Assembly: GCA_038045265.1 (NCBI GenBank)
Contig: JBBSYL010000036.1
Span: 1-57,328 of the forward strand
Direction of reading: 5' to 3'
DNA from: Nanobdellota archaeon
Lineage (GTDB): Archaea > Nanobdellota > Nanobdellia > Pacearchaeales > GW2011-AR1
DNA length: 57,328 nt
Shown here piece by piece: positions 9,215 through 19,691 of the stretch (position 1 is its first letter; each line of letters starts with the position of its first letter). The notes under the pieces were generated by a model. It was given only the letters and a program-made list of their open reading frames with translations, ran no database searches and had not been told where the DNA came from. The translations under genes were made by a program, and so were the position numbers.

Positions 9215-10057
9215 CTAATTCAACACTTTCACATCCATTCTATACCTAAACTTCCTCACTCCAATATCTCCCGCTTTCTTAATTCTAACAATTTTAATTC
9301 TCTTCCGAGCTTCTTTCGCTCTCTTTTCAATTAATTCTTCCAATGCATGAGCAATAACTTCAACTTCATCATAAAATCCGTAATATTGTATAATTCCATT
9401 TTTCTTTATTGCAGAAAAAGCAACATCAAGAAAATCATCTTTTAAATTAGGACGCGCCATCACAATTCTGTCGTACTTTTCATTTATTTCCTTTCCTTTC
9501 CCAATAACTCTTCTCACATCTCCTTGAACAATTTCCACTTTCCCAACAAGTTTATTTCTTTTTACATTATCTATTGCGTACTTACTAGCAATCCTATTTA
9601 GCTCAACACTTATTACTCTTCCAACTTTAGAATTCTTTCCAATTACAATAGCATAAACTCCAACTCCCCCGAACATTACAAGTATATTTTCTCCTTTTTT
9701 GCACATTTTAGAAATCTCTTTCCTTTCCTCACTTAATCTTGAAGAAAAATAGCAAGTATCGACATTAAATCTAAACTCGCACCCATTTTCTCTATACAGT
9801 ACTTCCTTAGTATTCTCTCCAAGTATGTATTTGGTCTTATTAGTTCTCAGCCTCCCAGAAAATTTTCCAACTTTTTCAAGAACTGTCTTAACACTCTTAT
9901 TGGTCTTTAGAATTCCCTCTGCAAATTTTCTCTTTTCTCCTCTTTTAACATCTTTTCCGTACTTTACTATTGCAACATTTCCCATTATGTCATAACCAGC
10001 AGAAACTTTCACGGCTTCTGTGGCGCCGGAAATCTCTAATTTGCATGTGTTTGCCAT
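9215..10057 (-). CDS. trm5: Trm5/Taw2-type (Met-10+ like) tRNA methyltransferase
   Basis: SAM-binding stretch VMFGGVGVYAIVIG and the DRIVMARP motif (compare DR.iMNLP), in a Met-10+ like architecture. Confidence 0.75.
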   Translation of the reverse strand: MANTCKLEISGATEAVKVSAGYDIMGNVAIVKYGKDVKRGEKRKFAEGILKTNKSVKTVLEKVGKFSGRLRTNKTKYILGENTKEVLYRENGCEFRFNVDTCYFSSRLSEERKEISKMCKKGENILVMFGGVGVYAIVIGKNSKVGRVISVELNRIASKYAIDNVKRNKLVGKVEIVQGDVRRVIGKGKEINEKYDRIVMARPNLKDDFLDVAFSAIKKNGIIQYYGFYDEVEVIAHALEELIEKRAKEARKRIKIVRIKKAGDIGVRKFRYRMDVKVLN

Positions 10058-10059
10058 GT

Positions 10060-10332
10060 TTATTCCATCTCCAAAAACTTATTTATATAATATGTTATTT
10101 TTTCTTTCATAGTTACATTAATAGAAACCTCTTCACCATAACTTGTCGGCTTCCTCATTAAAATTCCTTCTTTTTTTAATTCTTTCGCCATATCCTTAAC
10201 TCTTCCTCTAATATCTACAGGAAACCCTTTTGGTAAATTATCAATAGATGTATGGCTATGTTCAAACTTGCCCATACGAGTAAGCTTATGCAAAATCTTC
10301 CCTTTTATTTGTTCATCACTCCATTTTGTCAT
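10060..10332 (-). CDS. hypothetical small protein (possible winged-helix)
   Basis: A 90-aa ORF starting 2 nt downstream of the end of trm5 on the same strand. No diagnostic motif. Confidence 0.4.
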   Translation of the reverse strand: MTKWSDEQIKGKILHKLTRMGKFEHSHTSIDNLPKGFPVDIRGRVKDMAKELKKEGILMRKPTSYGEEVSINVTMKEKITYYINKFLEME

Positions 10333-10400
10333 TTTAGTAAAGTCTATATAAACATACTTTGAACAGTAAGGTTTAAATACTTTTCTAAATAAAACTTTTT

Positions 10401-10727
10401 ATGGAAAAATCGTTATTAATAAAGTTCATAGGAGACAATCCCGTATTCAGAATAGTAGACTTTCTAATAGACAACAAAGGAATAGATTTAACAAAAAAAG
10501 AAATAATTGAAGGAGCGGAAATCTCAAGAGCCTCCTTGTTTAAAGTATGGAAACAGCTTGAAGAACAAGACATCGTCAGTATAACAAGAAAATTTGGGAA
10601 AACAAAATTATATACTTTAAATTCAAAAAACAAATTAGTTAAAAAGCTTCTTGAATTAGAAAGCATAATGATAGAAAAATCTTTGGATAACCATAGTAAA
10701 AATAAATTGGTTGAGATAACTAATTAG
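10401..10727 (+). CDS. winged-helix transcriptional regulator
   Basis: RIVDFLIDNKGIDLTKKEIIEGAEISRASLFKVWKQLEEQDIVSITRKFGKTKLYTLN shows an HTH-plus-wing pattern. Confidence 0.6.
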   Translation: MEKSLLIKFIGDNPVFRIVDFLIDNKGIDLTKKEIIEGAEISRASLFKVWKQLEEQDIVSITRKFGKTKLYTLNSKNKLVKKLLELESIMIEKSLDNHSKNKLVEITN

Positions 10728-10775
10728 TTATTTTCCAAACACTAAGTTTATAATATTCTATTATCTAACTATTAA

Positions 10776-11366
10776 ATGAAAAAGAGCTTTTCCATTATAA
10801 GTATATTTTTCCTATTTTCAATATTTCTAATCAACATCACTTCAGCCCAATTATTTCCAGGATTTTATTATACTCCTTCTGACTTACTTTATTCAGACTG
10901 GTTCATAATGCTTATAATCTTCCTTCTTTTTTATTTCCTTATAATAGGAGTATTAAAGAGAACAAATATTCCAAAATCCTCTTTAATGATTATTTCCGCA
11001 GTCGTCGCTCTGATGATAGCAATCTCTCTTCAAAGAAGAGTTATCAACTTTTATGGATTAGAACAAGAAATAGGAAATCTTCTCGTCCTCCTTGCAGCCC
11101 TGATAGTAATAGGATTTTTCATAAACAAGTTCTGGAAAGGTGCAGGATTCATAGGGGTGTCAATAATGCTTCTCCTTCTCTGGCTTGTAAATTATTTCTA
11201 TGATTTTTATTATATCCTACCTTATGGATTTTCCAGCTCGGCAATGCTTGAATTTTATGATTTCTTTTCCTCTTTGAATATGCTTGGGGCGATCTTGGTT
11301 CTTTTAGTCATTTCAATTATACTAAAACTAAGTAATGACAAGAAAATAAATCTTGCAAGTTACTAA
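10776..11366 (+). CDS. polytopic membrane protein, unknown function
   Basis: An N-terminal signal/TM followed by several hydrophobic helices. Confidence 0.55.
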   Translation: MKKSFSIISIFFLFSIFLINITSAQLFPGFYYTPSDLLYSDWFIMLIIFLLFYFLIIGVLKRTNIPKSSLMIISAVVALMIAISLQRRVINFYGLEQEIGNLLVLLAALIVIGFFINKFWKGAGFIGVSIMLLLLWLVNYFYDFYYILPYGFSSSAMLEFYDFFSSLNMLGAILVLLVISIILKLSNDKKINLASY

Positions 11367-11413
11367 GAATAAAATTAAGAAAAGTTTATAAATAAGAAAA
11401 GGGAGATATACGC

Positions 11414-11863
11414 ATGAATAACAAGAGAGGGCAGTTTAATGCAATGAGCATTTTCTCTATAATTCTAGGCTTATTACTTGTTCTCGCAGGGATAGCTTCA
11501 ATAAGCATTGATTTTTCAAGTTATGTAGAGAATGAAATAGGTTTTGAAATTACAGAGAGAATAACAAGTTGGGCCGTAGTTTTGGTAGGAGTTTTAATAC
11601 TTTTTACTCCTATAACAAGACCAGCCGTTGAAGGGGTAGCCTCTCAGAGAGTTGGATTTGCATTGATAAGAAGATGGCTCTTTGGACTGGTAACTTTGTT
11701 AATAGGACTTACAGGTATGTTTGCTCCAATGCTTGATTGGCCTATATTAAAAAACATCGCTTTAGGAACTTGGTCTGGAGGAATAGTTTTGATATTATTT
11801 GGCGTAGTATACTTTTTCGCGGCGTTCGGTTCAACGAGAAACATGAGAGTAAGTACATATTAA
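11414..11863 (+). CDS. polytopic membrane protein, unknown function
   Basis: Four or more hydrophobic segments. A TATA-like aagtttataaata lies upstream. Confidence 0.55.
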   Translation: MNNKRGQFNAMSIFSIILGLLLVLAGIASISIDFSSYVENEIGFEITERITSWAVVLVGVLILFTPITRPAVEGVASQRVGFALIRRWLFGLVTLLIGLTGMFAPMLDWPILKNIALGTWSGGIVLILFGVVYFFAAFGSTRNMRVSTY

Positions 11864-11899
11864 CCTTATATTTTTAAACTTCCCAATTCTAATTATTAA

Positions 11900-12784
11900 A
11901 TGAAAAAGGGCACATTTATTTTATCAGTTTTATTCTTAATAGCTTCTTTGATCTTATCAGTATCGGCACAAGACCTATCTGGCATCGAAGACAAACTAGA
12001 CACAATTCCAAAAGATTCAGACACATTAAAACAATCTTCATCCGATTTTCTAAAACAAAGATGGAAAGAATCTCTTCAAGATACCTCGACATTTGGTCCA
12101 GTAATAAAGGGCTATGAAAAAATTTCTCCCTATACAGACCCAGTATTTAGATATGTTTTAGGTATGGCTCCAGAACTTACTTGGAAATTCATACTTAATC
12201 TATTTATTTGGATAACTGCATTTATTTACATTTTTAGATTCACAAATATATTCTCTATTTATTACCAGCCACTAAAATACATAATCTCAATAGGAATAAT
12301 AGTTGTTCTTTCCATATTTCAATTTACATCCAGCATAGCAAATGGAATAATTTCATTTCTAAGCGCATTTGACACTTGGTACAAACAATTAGTAGGAATC
12401 CTTCTCGCATTTGTTCTTCTTTCTATTCTAATGAAAATTTCAAAATACATAGAGATAATGGCTAAAAAGCTAAAGGAAAAGAAAGAAATTAGTGAAATGA
12501 AAAGTGAAGTAAAGGACCTTGAAGGTGAAGCTAAAAAAATCGATGAAATGGAAGATAAAGTAACTAGAATAGTCAGGGATGAGCTTAGAAAGAAAGATGA
12601 AAGAGAAAAAACAGAAGCCAGAGAGAAAAGACAATTAGAAGAAATGGATGAAAAAGTAGCCAGAATGGAAGAAGAGATTAGAAGAAGCGAGGAAGCAAAG
12701 GGAACTAAAAAATCTAGACAGCCAGAAAAAGAAAAACTAATTTCTGGAGCAGGCCTACCAGACCCTAAAACTCTTCGTCCATAA
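11900..12784 (+). CDS. membrane protein with signal peptide and charged C-terminal coiled coil
   Basis: Signal peptide MKKGTFILSVLFLIASLILSVSA, TM helices, and a C-terminal E/K/R-rich heptad-like region. Confidence 0.55.
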   Translation: MKKGTFILSVLFLIASLILSVSAQDLSGIEDKLDTIPKDSDTLKQSSSDFLKQRWKESLQDTSTFGPVIKGYEKISPYTDPVFRYVLGMAPELTWKFILNLFIWITAFIYIFRFTNIFSIYYQPLKYIISIGIIVVLSIFQFTSSIANGIISFLSAFDTWYKQLVGILLAFVLLSILMKISKYIEIMAKKLKEKKEISEMKSEVKDLEGEAKKIDEMEDKVTRIVRDELRKKDEREKTEAREKRQLEEMDEKVARMEEEIRRSEEAKGTKKSRQPEKEKLISGAGLPDPKTLRP

Positions 12785-12864
12785 GCAAGTAAAAGCTCAC
12801 GAAAACACCGAGAAAGATTTATATACATAATTTCTTTATAAGCGTGAGAGGAAAAGAGGATAAA

Positions 12865-13107
12865 ATGAAATCTATAGGATATGCAGTCTCAATAGTGGGC
12901 ATTCTTGTCCTAATTCTTGGATTTGATCCAGTAAGGAAGGCTCTCAAAATTACATTGCCTTCAGGATTTAATGTGCTATACATAACAATTGTAGGAATAA
13001 TAATTGTAGTTATAGGTGCATTCCTTGTTATAAAATCAGACCCATCAAGGGGCGGAGAAGTTCCTATTTATCACGGGAACAAGATTGTAGGCTATAGAAG
13101 AGTTTGA
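12865..13107 (+). CDS. small membrane protein
   Basis: Two hydrophobic helices. The ATG at 12865 is preferred over the GTG at 12844. Confidence 0.5.
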   Translation: MKSIGYAVSIVGILVLILGFDPVRKALKITLPSGFNVLYITIVGIIIVVIGAFLVIKSDPSRGGEVPIYHGNKIVGYRRV

Positions 13108-13123
13108 CTTTTAGTTTTCCTTA

Positions 13124-13330
13124 CTATTTCCTTTTGATAATTTTTTGAAACCTATCAGCAATCTGATGTTGTGCATCAATAAAATCCGCTTGGTTTTTAG
13201 TCCAAACTTTATCAGCATTCTTTTTTATGTAATCAACCCAAAAATCAATAAATTTCAACCTGTCTTCAAAATTCCTTCTCTTAAACTCTTTCATATCTCT
13301 TAAATCAACCTTTACATCTTTAGCTTCCAT
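13124..13330 (-). CDS. hypothetical small protein, overlapping partner of the nucleotidyltransferase-fold protein
   Basis: A 68-aa ORF overlapping the upstream ORF by 11 nt, so the two are probably translationally coupled. Confidence 0.4.
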   Translation of the reverse strand: MEAKDVKVDLRDMKEFKRRNFEDRLKFIDFWVDYIKKNADKVWTKNQADFIDAQHQIADRFQKIIKRK

Positions 13331-13955
13331 TATTCAACCACCTCATTTTATCTTTAACTCCCAGCTTGTTCATGAATAAAAGAAGTTCATCCTTATTAAG
13401 TCTATCCTTAAATAATCTGTAAAGATGTCTTGCATCCTCTATATCTTTGTCTGAACTCAACTCCTCATCCGTACCATCAGCCGCCAAAAATAATTTATAG
13501 GCAATTTGTAACTCTAAAGGAGATATAAATAGTTCATTATCTCCAAAAATAACCTTTACTTTATGCTCAAACGAATACATATCAAGTTCCCTTTTTATCA
13601 TTTTCAGCTCTATGTTTGGGGTTGGATAACCTCTTTCAAAAAATCTAATCCCAAAATAATCCATAGATTCATATGCTTCTTTAATTATCATGGAATTTGC
13701 ACATTCATATCCCTTGCTTATCAATTCATTAAATAATTTACTAAAATCCTCAAATTCCATCTTTGGAACGAGAAAATCTATATCTTCGCTTGATCTGCTT
13801 CTGCCCAATAATATTGAAGGATATCCTGAAACTATTACATATCCTCTATATTTTTTAAGTACCTCTGTAAAATTAATAGTGAATCTATCAAGTTCATTAA
13901 TAACTTTCTCATTAAATATTATTTCCTTTTTCTCAACAACATATTCCATCACCAT
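13320..13955 (-). CDS. nucleotidyltransferase-fold protein (AbiEii-like / minimal NTase)
   Basis: VSGYPSILLGRSRSSEDIDFLV resembles the NTase G[GS]x9-13[DE]h[DE]h motif. Confidence 0.45.
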   Translation of the reverse strand: MVMEYVVEKKEIIFNEKVINELDRFTINFTEVLKKYRGYVIVSGYPSILLGRSRSSEDIDFLVPKMEFEDFSKLFNELISKGYECANSMIIKEAYESMDYFGIRFFERGYPTPNIELKMIKRELDMYSFEHKVKVIFGDNELFISPLELQIAYKLFLAADGTDEELSSDKDIEDARHLYRLFKDRLNKDELLLFMNKLGVKDKMRWLNNGS

Positions 13956-14001
13956 TCATAATAATCAAACTATAAAAACTCGAGTTACAATTTATCAATG
14001 A

Positions 14002-15015
14002 TTAAAACAAAGTCTTCTGCGCACTCTGCTTCTTAACTTCTTTCAATGAAGCAAGCTGTTTTTCAACTCTTTCCATATTAAATTCATGCCTTTCAACAAG
14101 TATTTCCTTGATTTTCTTCTCATCGATTTTAGGGAATTCTATTTTAACTTTTTTTACATTGGGCTTCTTAAATATTTCAAAAACCTCTTTCCAATTGAAA
14201 TCCAATTTTCCCTGTTCTTCAAGTTCTGAAAATATCTTCACAGGATACTTCTTCTCCTTAACCAATGTCAATGCCTTTTTAGGGCCTATACCTCTTACAC
14301 CTTTAGGATTGAAATCAGTACCAACAAGAATTGCGAGAGAGATAAACTGATCCGAATCTACATCTAAAACATTAAGCAATTTCTCATATTCTATAATCTC
14401 AGGAGAAATATATATCTCCCCTGCTCTTGTCTTTCTCTTTCTTGCTAAAGTCAAATTCTGTATCAATCTATCTCCTCCAACTGCAAGCGCATCATAATCC
14501 TGAGAAGCAACCGCCCATGCCTCCCCGCTCTTTACAAGATCCGCACACTGCATTTCTCCCTCTCCAGGAGCCTGCACAACAGCAATTCCCATCGCCCCGA
14601 GTAACTCTTTACTTTCTTTTATCATTTCTTCATTTAATCTAATAAATCCTCTAGAATACTTATACATCGCATCCATATCTTCTTCTTCAACAGCCCTATC
14701 ATACTTCTCTTTCATTTCCTGTCTTGCATTATTTCTAATTTCATGCGTCTTTCCTTTCAACTCATGATATTCACCATCAAAAACATAAATTAATTTCGTC
14801 CCCTCTCTAAGCAGGGCAACATTTCTATAAAACAATCCAGACAAATGGCTAGTAATTCTCTTTTTAGAATCCATTAATGGTGTACCATCTGCTTGTCTTA
14901 TTGAAGATAAAAATTGGTAAATCGCATTAAACGCATCAACTGCAATCACCCTTCCTTTCAACTCTTCAATATTTAACTCTCTCCTAGGAACTATATCCCC
15001 TATTTGTAATCCCAT
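14002..15015 (-). CDS. fen: flap endonuclease 1
   Basis: MGLQIGDIVPRRELNIEELKGRVIAVDAFNAIYQFL..ITSHLSGLFYR, plus the GVRGIGPKKA H3TH motif. Confidence 0.95.
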   Translation of the reverse strand: MGLQIGDIVPRRELNIEELKGRVIAVDAFNAIYQFLSSIRQADGTPLMDSKKRITSHLSGLFYRNVALLREGTKLIYVFDGEYHELKGKTHEIRNNARQEMKEKYDRAVEEEDMDAMYKYSRGFIRLNEEMIKESKELLGAMGIAVVQAPGEGEMQCADLVKSGEAWAVASQDYDALAVGGDRLIQNLTLARKRKTRAGEIYISPEIIEYEKLLNVLDVDSDQFISLAILVGTDFNPKGVRGIGPKKALTLVKEKKYPVKIFSELEEQGKLDFNWKEVFEIFKKPNVKKVKIEFPKIDEKKIKEILVERHEFNMERVEKQLASLKEVKKQSAQKTLF

Positions 15016-15045
15016 CCATAAAAATAAAAAACCAAAGTTAAATAG

Positions 15046-15576
15046 TTATCTAACGCTTATAGCTTCTCTCATTTTAGCGAACATGCTTTTCGCCTCTCCC
15101 TGACTTAGTGGCTTTTCATTTCTCGCAGGTCTGCTATCAGAAATAACTGGCAAATTGGGTCCCTGATAAGGAGAATCAAGAATAATTTTGGCGTTATCCT
15201 TCCCATCCCCATATTCTGCAATATATCCAGATTCTCCTTTTCCAACACTTTCTCCTAAAAGGTCTTTAACGGCTCCCAATCTCCTAAATAATCCTCCTCT
15301 GAAATCAAATTCATCCCTATAGTCTAAACTTACAATGTCCTGCCATTCAGCCAGAACAAGATTTTCATCTAAAGTACCCTTATTTCCAACACATAGCCTA
15401 AAATTATATACTACTCTCTGTTCCGCCGCTCCCCTCGCCACATCAAAACAACCATTAACAAACAACGTATCTACCCTAGGTCTATAATGCCTATCATGCC
15501 ATTCTCTTCTTAATTCAGCAACAATAATTCTAGCAAAATCAGTAAGAGTTGTTCTTTCATAAGAATATTTTTTCAT
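15046..15576 (-). CDS. hypothetical protein
   Basis: A 176-aa ORF from the ATG at 15576. It is R/D/G-rich, unlike its neighbours, with no recognisable motif. Confidence 0.45.
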   Translation of the reverse strand: MKKYSYERTTLTDFARIIVAELRREWHDRHYRPRVDTLFVNGCFDVARGAAEQRVVYNFRLCVGNKGTLDENLVLAEWQDIVSLDYRDEFDFRGGLFRRLGAVKDLLGESVGKGESGYIAEYGDGKDNAKIILDSPYQGPNLPVISDSRPARNEKPLSQGEAKSMFAKMREAISVR

Positions 15577-15662
15577 ATTAATTATTACAAAAAACACTTT
15601 AAAAACCTTTCTATTTGTTACCACATTAAAGTAACATATTTACCACATAATTAAGACAGATA

Positions 15663-15673
15663 CCTTATAAAAC
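15663..15673 (+). promoter_or_regulatory. TATA-box-like promoter element upstream of polB
   Basis: ccttataaaac lies ~30 nt upstream of the ATG at 15694. Confidence 0.4.
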
Positions 15674-15693
15674 TTTCAATCCCTCAAAATTCC

Positions 15694-18018
15694 ATGAAAT
15701 CAATTAATGGCTTCATCACAGATATAGATTACTCTGCAGAAGAAGACGGAACAAAAGTTTATATCTATGGAAAGCTAGAAAATGGAGAAAGCTTTGTCTC
15801 AATCCATTCCTTAACGCCTTATTTTTTCATTAAAGAATCAGATTACAACAAAAACAAAAAATTATTTCAGAAATTCAATATAGAAAAAACAAAATTAACA
15901 AACTTCAAAGGAGAAAAAATCACGAAAGTTTCTCATAAGATCCATACTGAATTAAACAAATTGCATCATGTAATTCATAAAAAAATGGAGACTTATGAAG
16001 CAGATGTAAAACCTTCAAATAGATTCATAATAGATAATAATCTTTCAGGGAGTATAAGCATTTCAGGAGATTATCAATCATCAGAAAGAGTAAATAGAAT
16101 ATATGTTAATCAAACTATAAAACCTTCAAGCCAAAGAATAGATCTTAAAGTGGTTTCAATAGATACAGAATCAGACAAACAAGGAAATTTATACTGTATA
16201 GGCCTTTATTCCAGCAACTACAAAAAATGTTTTATTGTTTCAGATAAAAAACTTAACAATGCGACACCTTGCAAAACAGAAGAAGAATGCTTGGAAAAAT
16301 TTAGAGAAGAGTTAATAAAATTAGACCCAGATGTCTTAACGGGTTGGAATTTCATTGACTTTGATCTTGTCTTTCTTCAAGATCTATTCAAAAAACATAA
16401 AATAAAATTTGATATTGGCAGAAATAACGATAATTTAAGATTAAGAATTGAGGGCAATTTTTTCCGCTCATCATCTGCCTCAATTACAGGAAGACAAGTT
16501 TTAGATGGTTTAAATCTTATTAAAGATCCTTTCATTCAAGAGGCACCATTAATAAGAAATGCCAATTTCGAATCATATACATTAGAAGATGTTTCAAGAG
16601 CTATACTAAACAAAGGCAAACTGCTTGCAGGAAAAGAAAGGCATAAAGAGATAATTGAATTGTATAATAATAATCAACAAAAACTTGTCGATTACAATTT
16701 AATGGACTGTCAATTAGTTTATGAAATACTTGATAAAACCAAAATGATAGACCTCTTAACAGAACGCTCAGAACTTACTGGTCTAACATTTGATAGACTT
16801 GCAGGAAGTATCGCAGCATTCGATTCTCTCTACCTCAGAGAAGCAAGGTCTAGAAATTTAGTCTCTCCAACAACGGTATTCACGAAAACAGAAGAAAGAA
16901 TAATTGGAGGTTATGTTTATTCCTCAAATCCGGGAATATACAATAATGTTCTTGTATTTGACTTTAAGTCGCTATATCCAAGCATAATCAAAACTTTCAA
17001 TATAGATCCGGCGTCGCTTCTAGAAAAGCCTGAGAAAGACAGCATAGAATCGCCGAATAAAGCATATTTTAGAAACTCTCGAGGCATTCTTCCGGAAATA
17101 ATAGATAAATTGCACCAAGCAAGAGAAAAAGCAAAAAGGGAATCAAGAGATTTAGCAAATTATGCAATAAAAATAACAATGAACTCCTTCTTCGGAGTAT
17201 TAGCTAGCCCAAACTGCAGATATTATAATTTTAATATGGCAAATTCAATAACTCACTTCGCACAATTTATAATAAAGCTTACAGCAAAGGAGATAGAAAA
17301 GCTTGGCTACAAAATAATCTATCAAGACACAGATTCTTGCTTTGTTGAAACAAATCTTGAAAAAAACAAAAATCCCAAAATCTCTGTTGAAATACAAAAC
17401 CACATAAACGATTTTTACAAAAATTATATAAAAAAAGAATACGGAAGAGAATCTTTTCTAGAGCTTGAATTTAAGAAGCTATATTTAGCACTAATGATTC
17501 CAAAGGTAAGAGGAAAAGAAGAAGCTGCTAAAAAACGCTATGCAGGGTTAATTGAAAAAGAAGGAAAAGAAGAACTAGACATAGTAGGTCTAGAAGCAAT
17601 AAGGGGTGACTGGACGGAGGCGGCACAAGATTTCCAAAAAGAGCTTCTTCTAAAAACATTTCATCACGAATCTGTTGATAAATTCATAAAAGATTTCATA
17701 AAAAAAATAAAATCTGGCGAATTGGATAGAAAGTTAGTTTATAGAAAGTCAATAAGAAAAAATCTTGAAGAATATACTAAAACTACTCCTCCGCATGTAA
17801 AAGCCGCAAGAAAAATGATTAAACTTGAAGGGAATATTATTGAATATCTAATAACAGATGATGGTCCAGAACCTATTCAAAATCTTAAACATAAAATAGA
17901 TTACGAGCATTACATAAAAAAGCAAATCGAACCAATAGCAAATCAAATACTCATTCTTCTTGGGAAAGATCTTGGAGATAGCATGAAAAGCCAGAAGCAA
18001 GCAAGGCTATTTTTCTAA
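15694..18018 (+). CDS. polB: family B DNA polymerase
   Basis: Exo I VSIDTES, Pol A DFKSLYPSII, KITMNSFFG, and Pol C YQDTDS. Confidence 0.95.
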   Translation: MKSINGFITDIDYSAEEDGTKVYIYGKLENGESFVSIHSLTPYFFIKESDYNKNKKLFQKFNIEKTKLTNFKGEKITKVSHKIHTELNKLHHVIHKKMETYEADVKPSNRFIIDNNLSGSISISGDYQSSERVNRIYVNQTIKPSSQRIDLKVVSIDTESDKQGNLYCIGLYSSNYKKCFIVSDKKLNNATPCKTEEECLEKFREELIKLDPDVLTGWNFIDFDLVFLQDLFKKHKIKFDIGRNNDNLRLRIEGNFFRSSSASITGRQVLDGLNLIKDPFIQEAPLIRNANFESYTLEDVSRAILNKGKLLAGKERHKEIIELYNNNQQKLVDYNLMDCQLVYEILDKTKMIDLLTERSELTGLTFDRLAGSIAAFDSLYLREARSRNLVSPTTVFTKTEERIIGGYVYSSNPGIYNNVLVFDFKSLYPSIIKTFNIDPASLLEKPEKDSIESPNKAYFRNSRGILPEIIDKLHQAREKAKRESRDLANYAIKITMNSFFGVLASPNCRYYNFNMANSITHFAQFIIKLTAKEIEKLGYKIIYQDTDSCFVETNLEKNKNPKISVEIQNHINDFYKNYIKKEYGRESFLELEFKKLYLALMIPKVRGKEEAAKKRYAGLIEKEGKEELDIVGLEAIRGDWTEAAQDFQKELLLKTFHHESVDKFIKDFIKKIKSGELDRKLVYRKSIRKNLEEYTKTTPPHVKAARKMIKLEGNIIEYLITDDGPEPIQNLKHKIDYEHYIKKQIEPIANQILILLGKDLGDSMKSQKQARLFF

Positions 18019-18530
18019 TATGCTCTTCTAAAACTGGGATTATAATTTGGATTAAACTGATTCACAAGTCTTGGCGGCTGACTCCTTTGAATATTAGTCG
18101 GAGCATTTACGAGGTTATTTGCAGGTAGACTAACAGGTTTTTGCATCGGCATCTCTTCTACAAATTCTGCAGGCCTTTTTTCTACTTGACCTTCAAGGCG
18201 ATTCTGCATTTGAACATATTCTTCAAGATCAAAGTTTATCTCCCCTCCAAGACTAGCTACAATATTATATATCAAAACGGCAAGAAAAGCACCAATCAAA
18301 CCAATTACCGTAACAGAAATAAATATTATTACTGCAAGGATAAAAGCAAGTGCAAATCCAGACATATTAACCATATCTCCAAGCCAGGTTTCTAATCTAT
18401 TTGAGATAAATACTGCTAAGAAAGCTATAAATCCAATTATCAAACCAGTAAAAGCTCCATAATAGAGTCCAAATAAACTGGCTTTTCCAACATAAATTCT
18501 CTTTAAAATTATTCTTTCAACCTCTCCCAT
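18015..18530 (-). CDS. membrane protein, unknown function
   Basis: Several TM helices. The ATG at 18530 has a TATA-like box ~25 nt upstream, so the ORF-track extension to 18698 is unlikely. Confidence 0.5.
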   Translation of the reverse strand: MGEVERIILKRIYVGKASLFGLYYGAFTGLIIGFIAFLAVFISNRLETWLGDMVNMSGFALAFILAVIIFISVTVIGLIGAFLAVLIYNIVASLGGEINFDLEEYVQMQNRLEGQVEKRPAEFVEEMPMQKPVSLPANNLVNAPTNIQRSQPPRLVNQFNPNYNPSFRRAY

Positions 18531-18728
18531 TAAACAAATTATCAAACAATATTTATAATACTTTCCTATTCGTATAATTACCATTAAACGTCCTTTTGAA
18601 CAGAAATTATGTTTAATGTACGGCGCAAAGGGCGCTTCGCGCCCTAATATTATTGTGGCTATTTTCTTTTTGAAAAAACCCGCAAAATAAAACAACAAGC
18701 TTAAAACTCCTCCTTTTCATATAAAAAG

Positions 18729-19691
18729 ATGAGATACGAAATGAAACCCTTATTTGAACAAAGAATTAGACAATTATTAAAAGAGGAATCAGACTTTCAA
18801 GCATTTTCAGAAATAGTCCATAAATCTCCTTTAAACTTTATACGCTGTAACACTCTAAAAATCTCCCCAAACGATTTAAAAGAAAGACTTGAGAAAAAAT
18901 GGATAATAAAACAACCATTCGTTGAACATCCAGAAATATTCCTCATAGATCAAAACCTTCTCCCTGGAGAACTGGGAAATTCTATAGAACATGTACTTGG
19001 CTATTATTACGTCCAAGAAATAAGCAGTATGATGTCTGTTCTTGCCTTAACTCCAGAACCAGGAGAATTCATTTTAGATTTATGCGCCGCCCCTGGAAGC
19101 AAATCAAGTCAAATATCTGCAAAGATGGGAAACTCTGGAACGCTAATAGCCAACGATTTAAAATTAGATAGAATAAGAATTCTTGCCGCGACACTTGAAA
19201 GAGCAGGAGTCACAAACTGCGTAATAACAAGAAAAGATGCAGTTGCTCTCTGCTCACATCTAAAAAAAAGCAATTACAAATTTGATCGTATTTTATTAGA
19301 TGCACCTTGTTCAGGAGAAGGAACTCTCCGCTCTTCACCAAAAACATTCATAACTTGGAACGAAAAAGTAGTAGAAAAAATGTCTAGAATTCAGAAAAAA
19401 ATTATAGCGAACGCATTAAAATGTCTAAAAAAGGAAGGAGTATTAGTTTACAGCACCTGCACTCATGCTCCAGAAGAAAATGAATCTGTAGTCCAATTTG
19501 CATTAAACAATTTCCCTGTAAAAATAGAAACCCTCTCTCTGCCCTTAAAATGCAGGCCAGGAATAGATGAATGGAAAGGTGAGCAATTTAATCCTGAAAT
19601 AAAAAAAGCCTGTCGCATCTATCCTCAAGACAATGATTCTGAAGGCTTTTTCGTCTGCAAGATGACTTTACTGGAGGAAATAAAAGAATGA
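18729..19691 (+). CDS. NOL1/NOP2/Sun-family RNA cytosine-C5 methyltransferase
   Basis: DLCAAPGSKS (SAM binding), DAPCSGEGT (motif IV, catalytic Cys) and YSTCT (motif VI). Confidence 0.9.
   Translation: MRYEMKPLFEQRIRQLLKEESDFQAFSEIVHKSPLNFIRCNTLKISPNDLKERLEKKWIIKQPFVEHPEIFLIDQNLLPGELGNSIEHVLGYYYVQEISSMMSVLALTPEPGEFILDLCAAPGSKSSQISAKMGNSGTLIANDLKLDRIRILAATLERAGVTNCVITRKDAVALCSHLKKSNYKFDRILLDAPCSGEGTLRSSPKTFITWNEKVVEKMSRIQKKIIANALKCLKKEGVLVYSTCTHAPEENESVVQFALNNFPVKIETLSLPLKCRPGIDEWKGEQFNPEIKKACRIYPQDNDSEGFFVCKMTLLEEIKE

Noticed and set aside
12319-12828. The 169-aa minus-strand ORF rich in Ser/Phe/Leu.
   Set aside because: It is antisense to the E/K-rich coiled-coil coding region of 11900-12784. 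Its low-complexity mirror composition is typical of shadow ORFs.
18630-18644. A GC-rich hairpin GGGCGC-ttc-GCGCCC in the divergent promoter region between 18530 and 18729.
   Set aside because: It is a real inverted repeat, but only 6 bp with a 3-nt loop and no other supporting signal. It is too little to call a feature.
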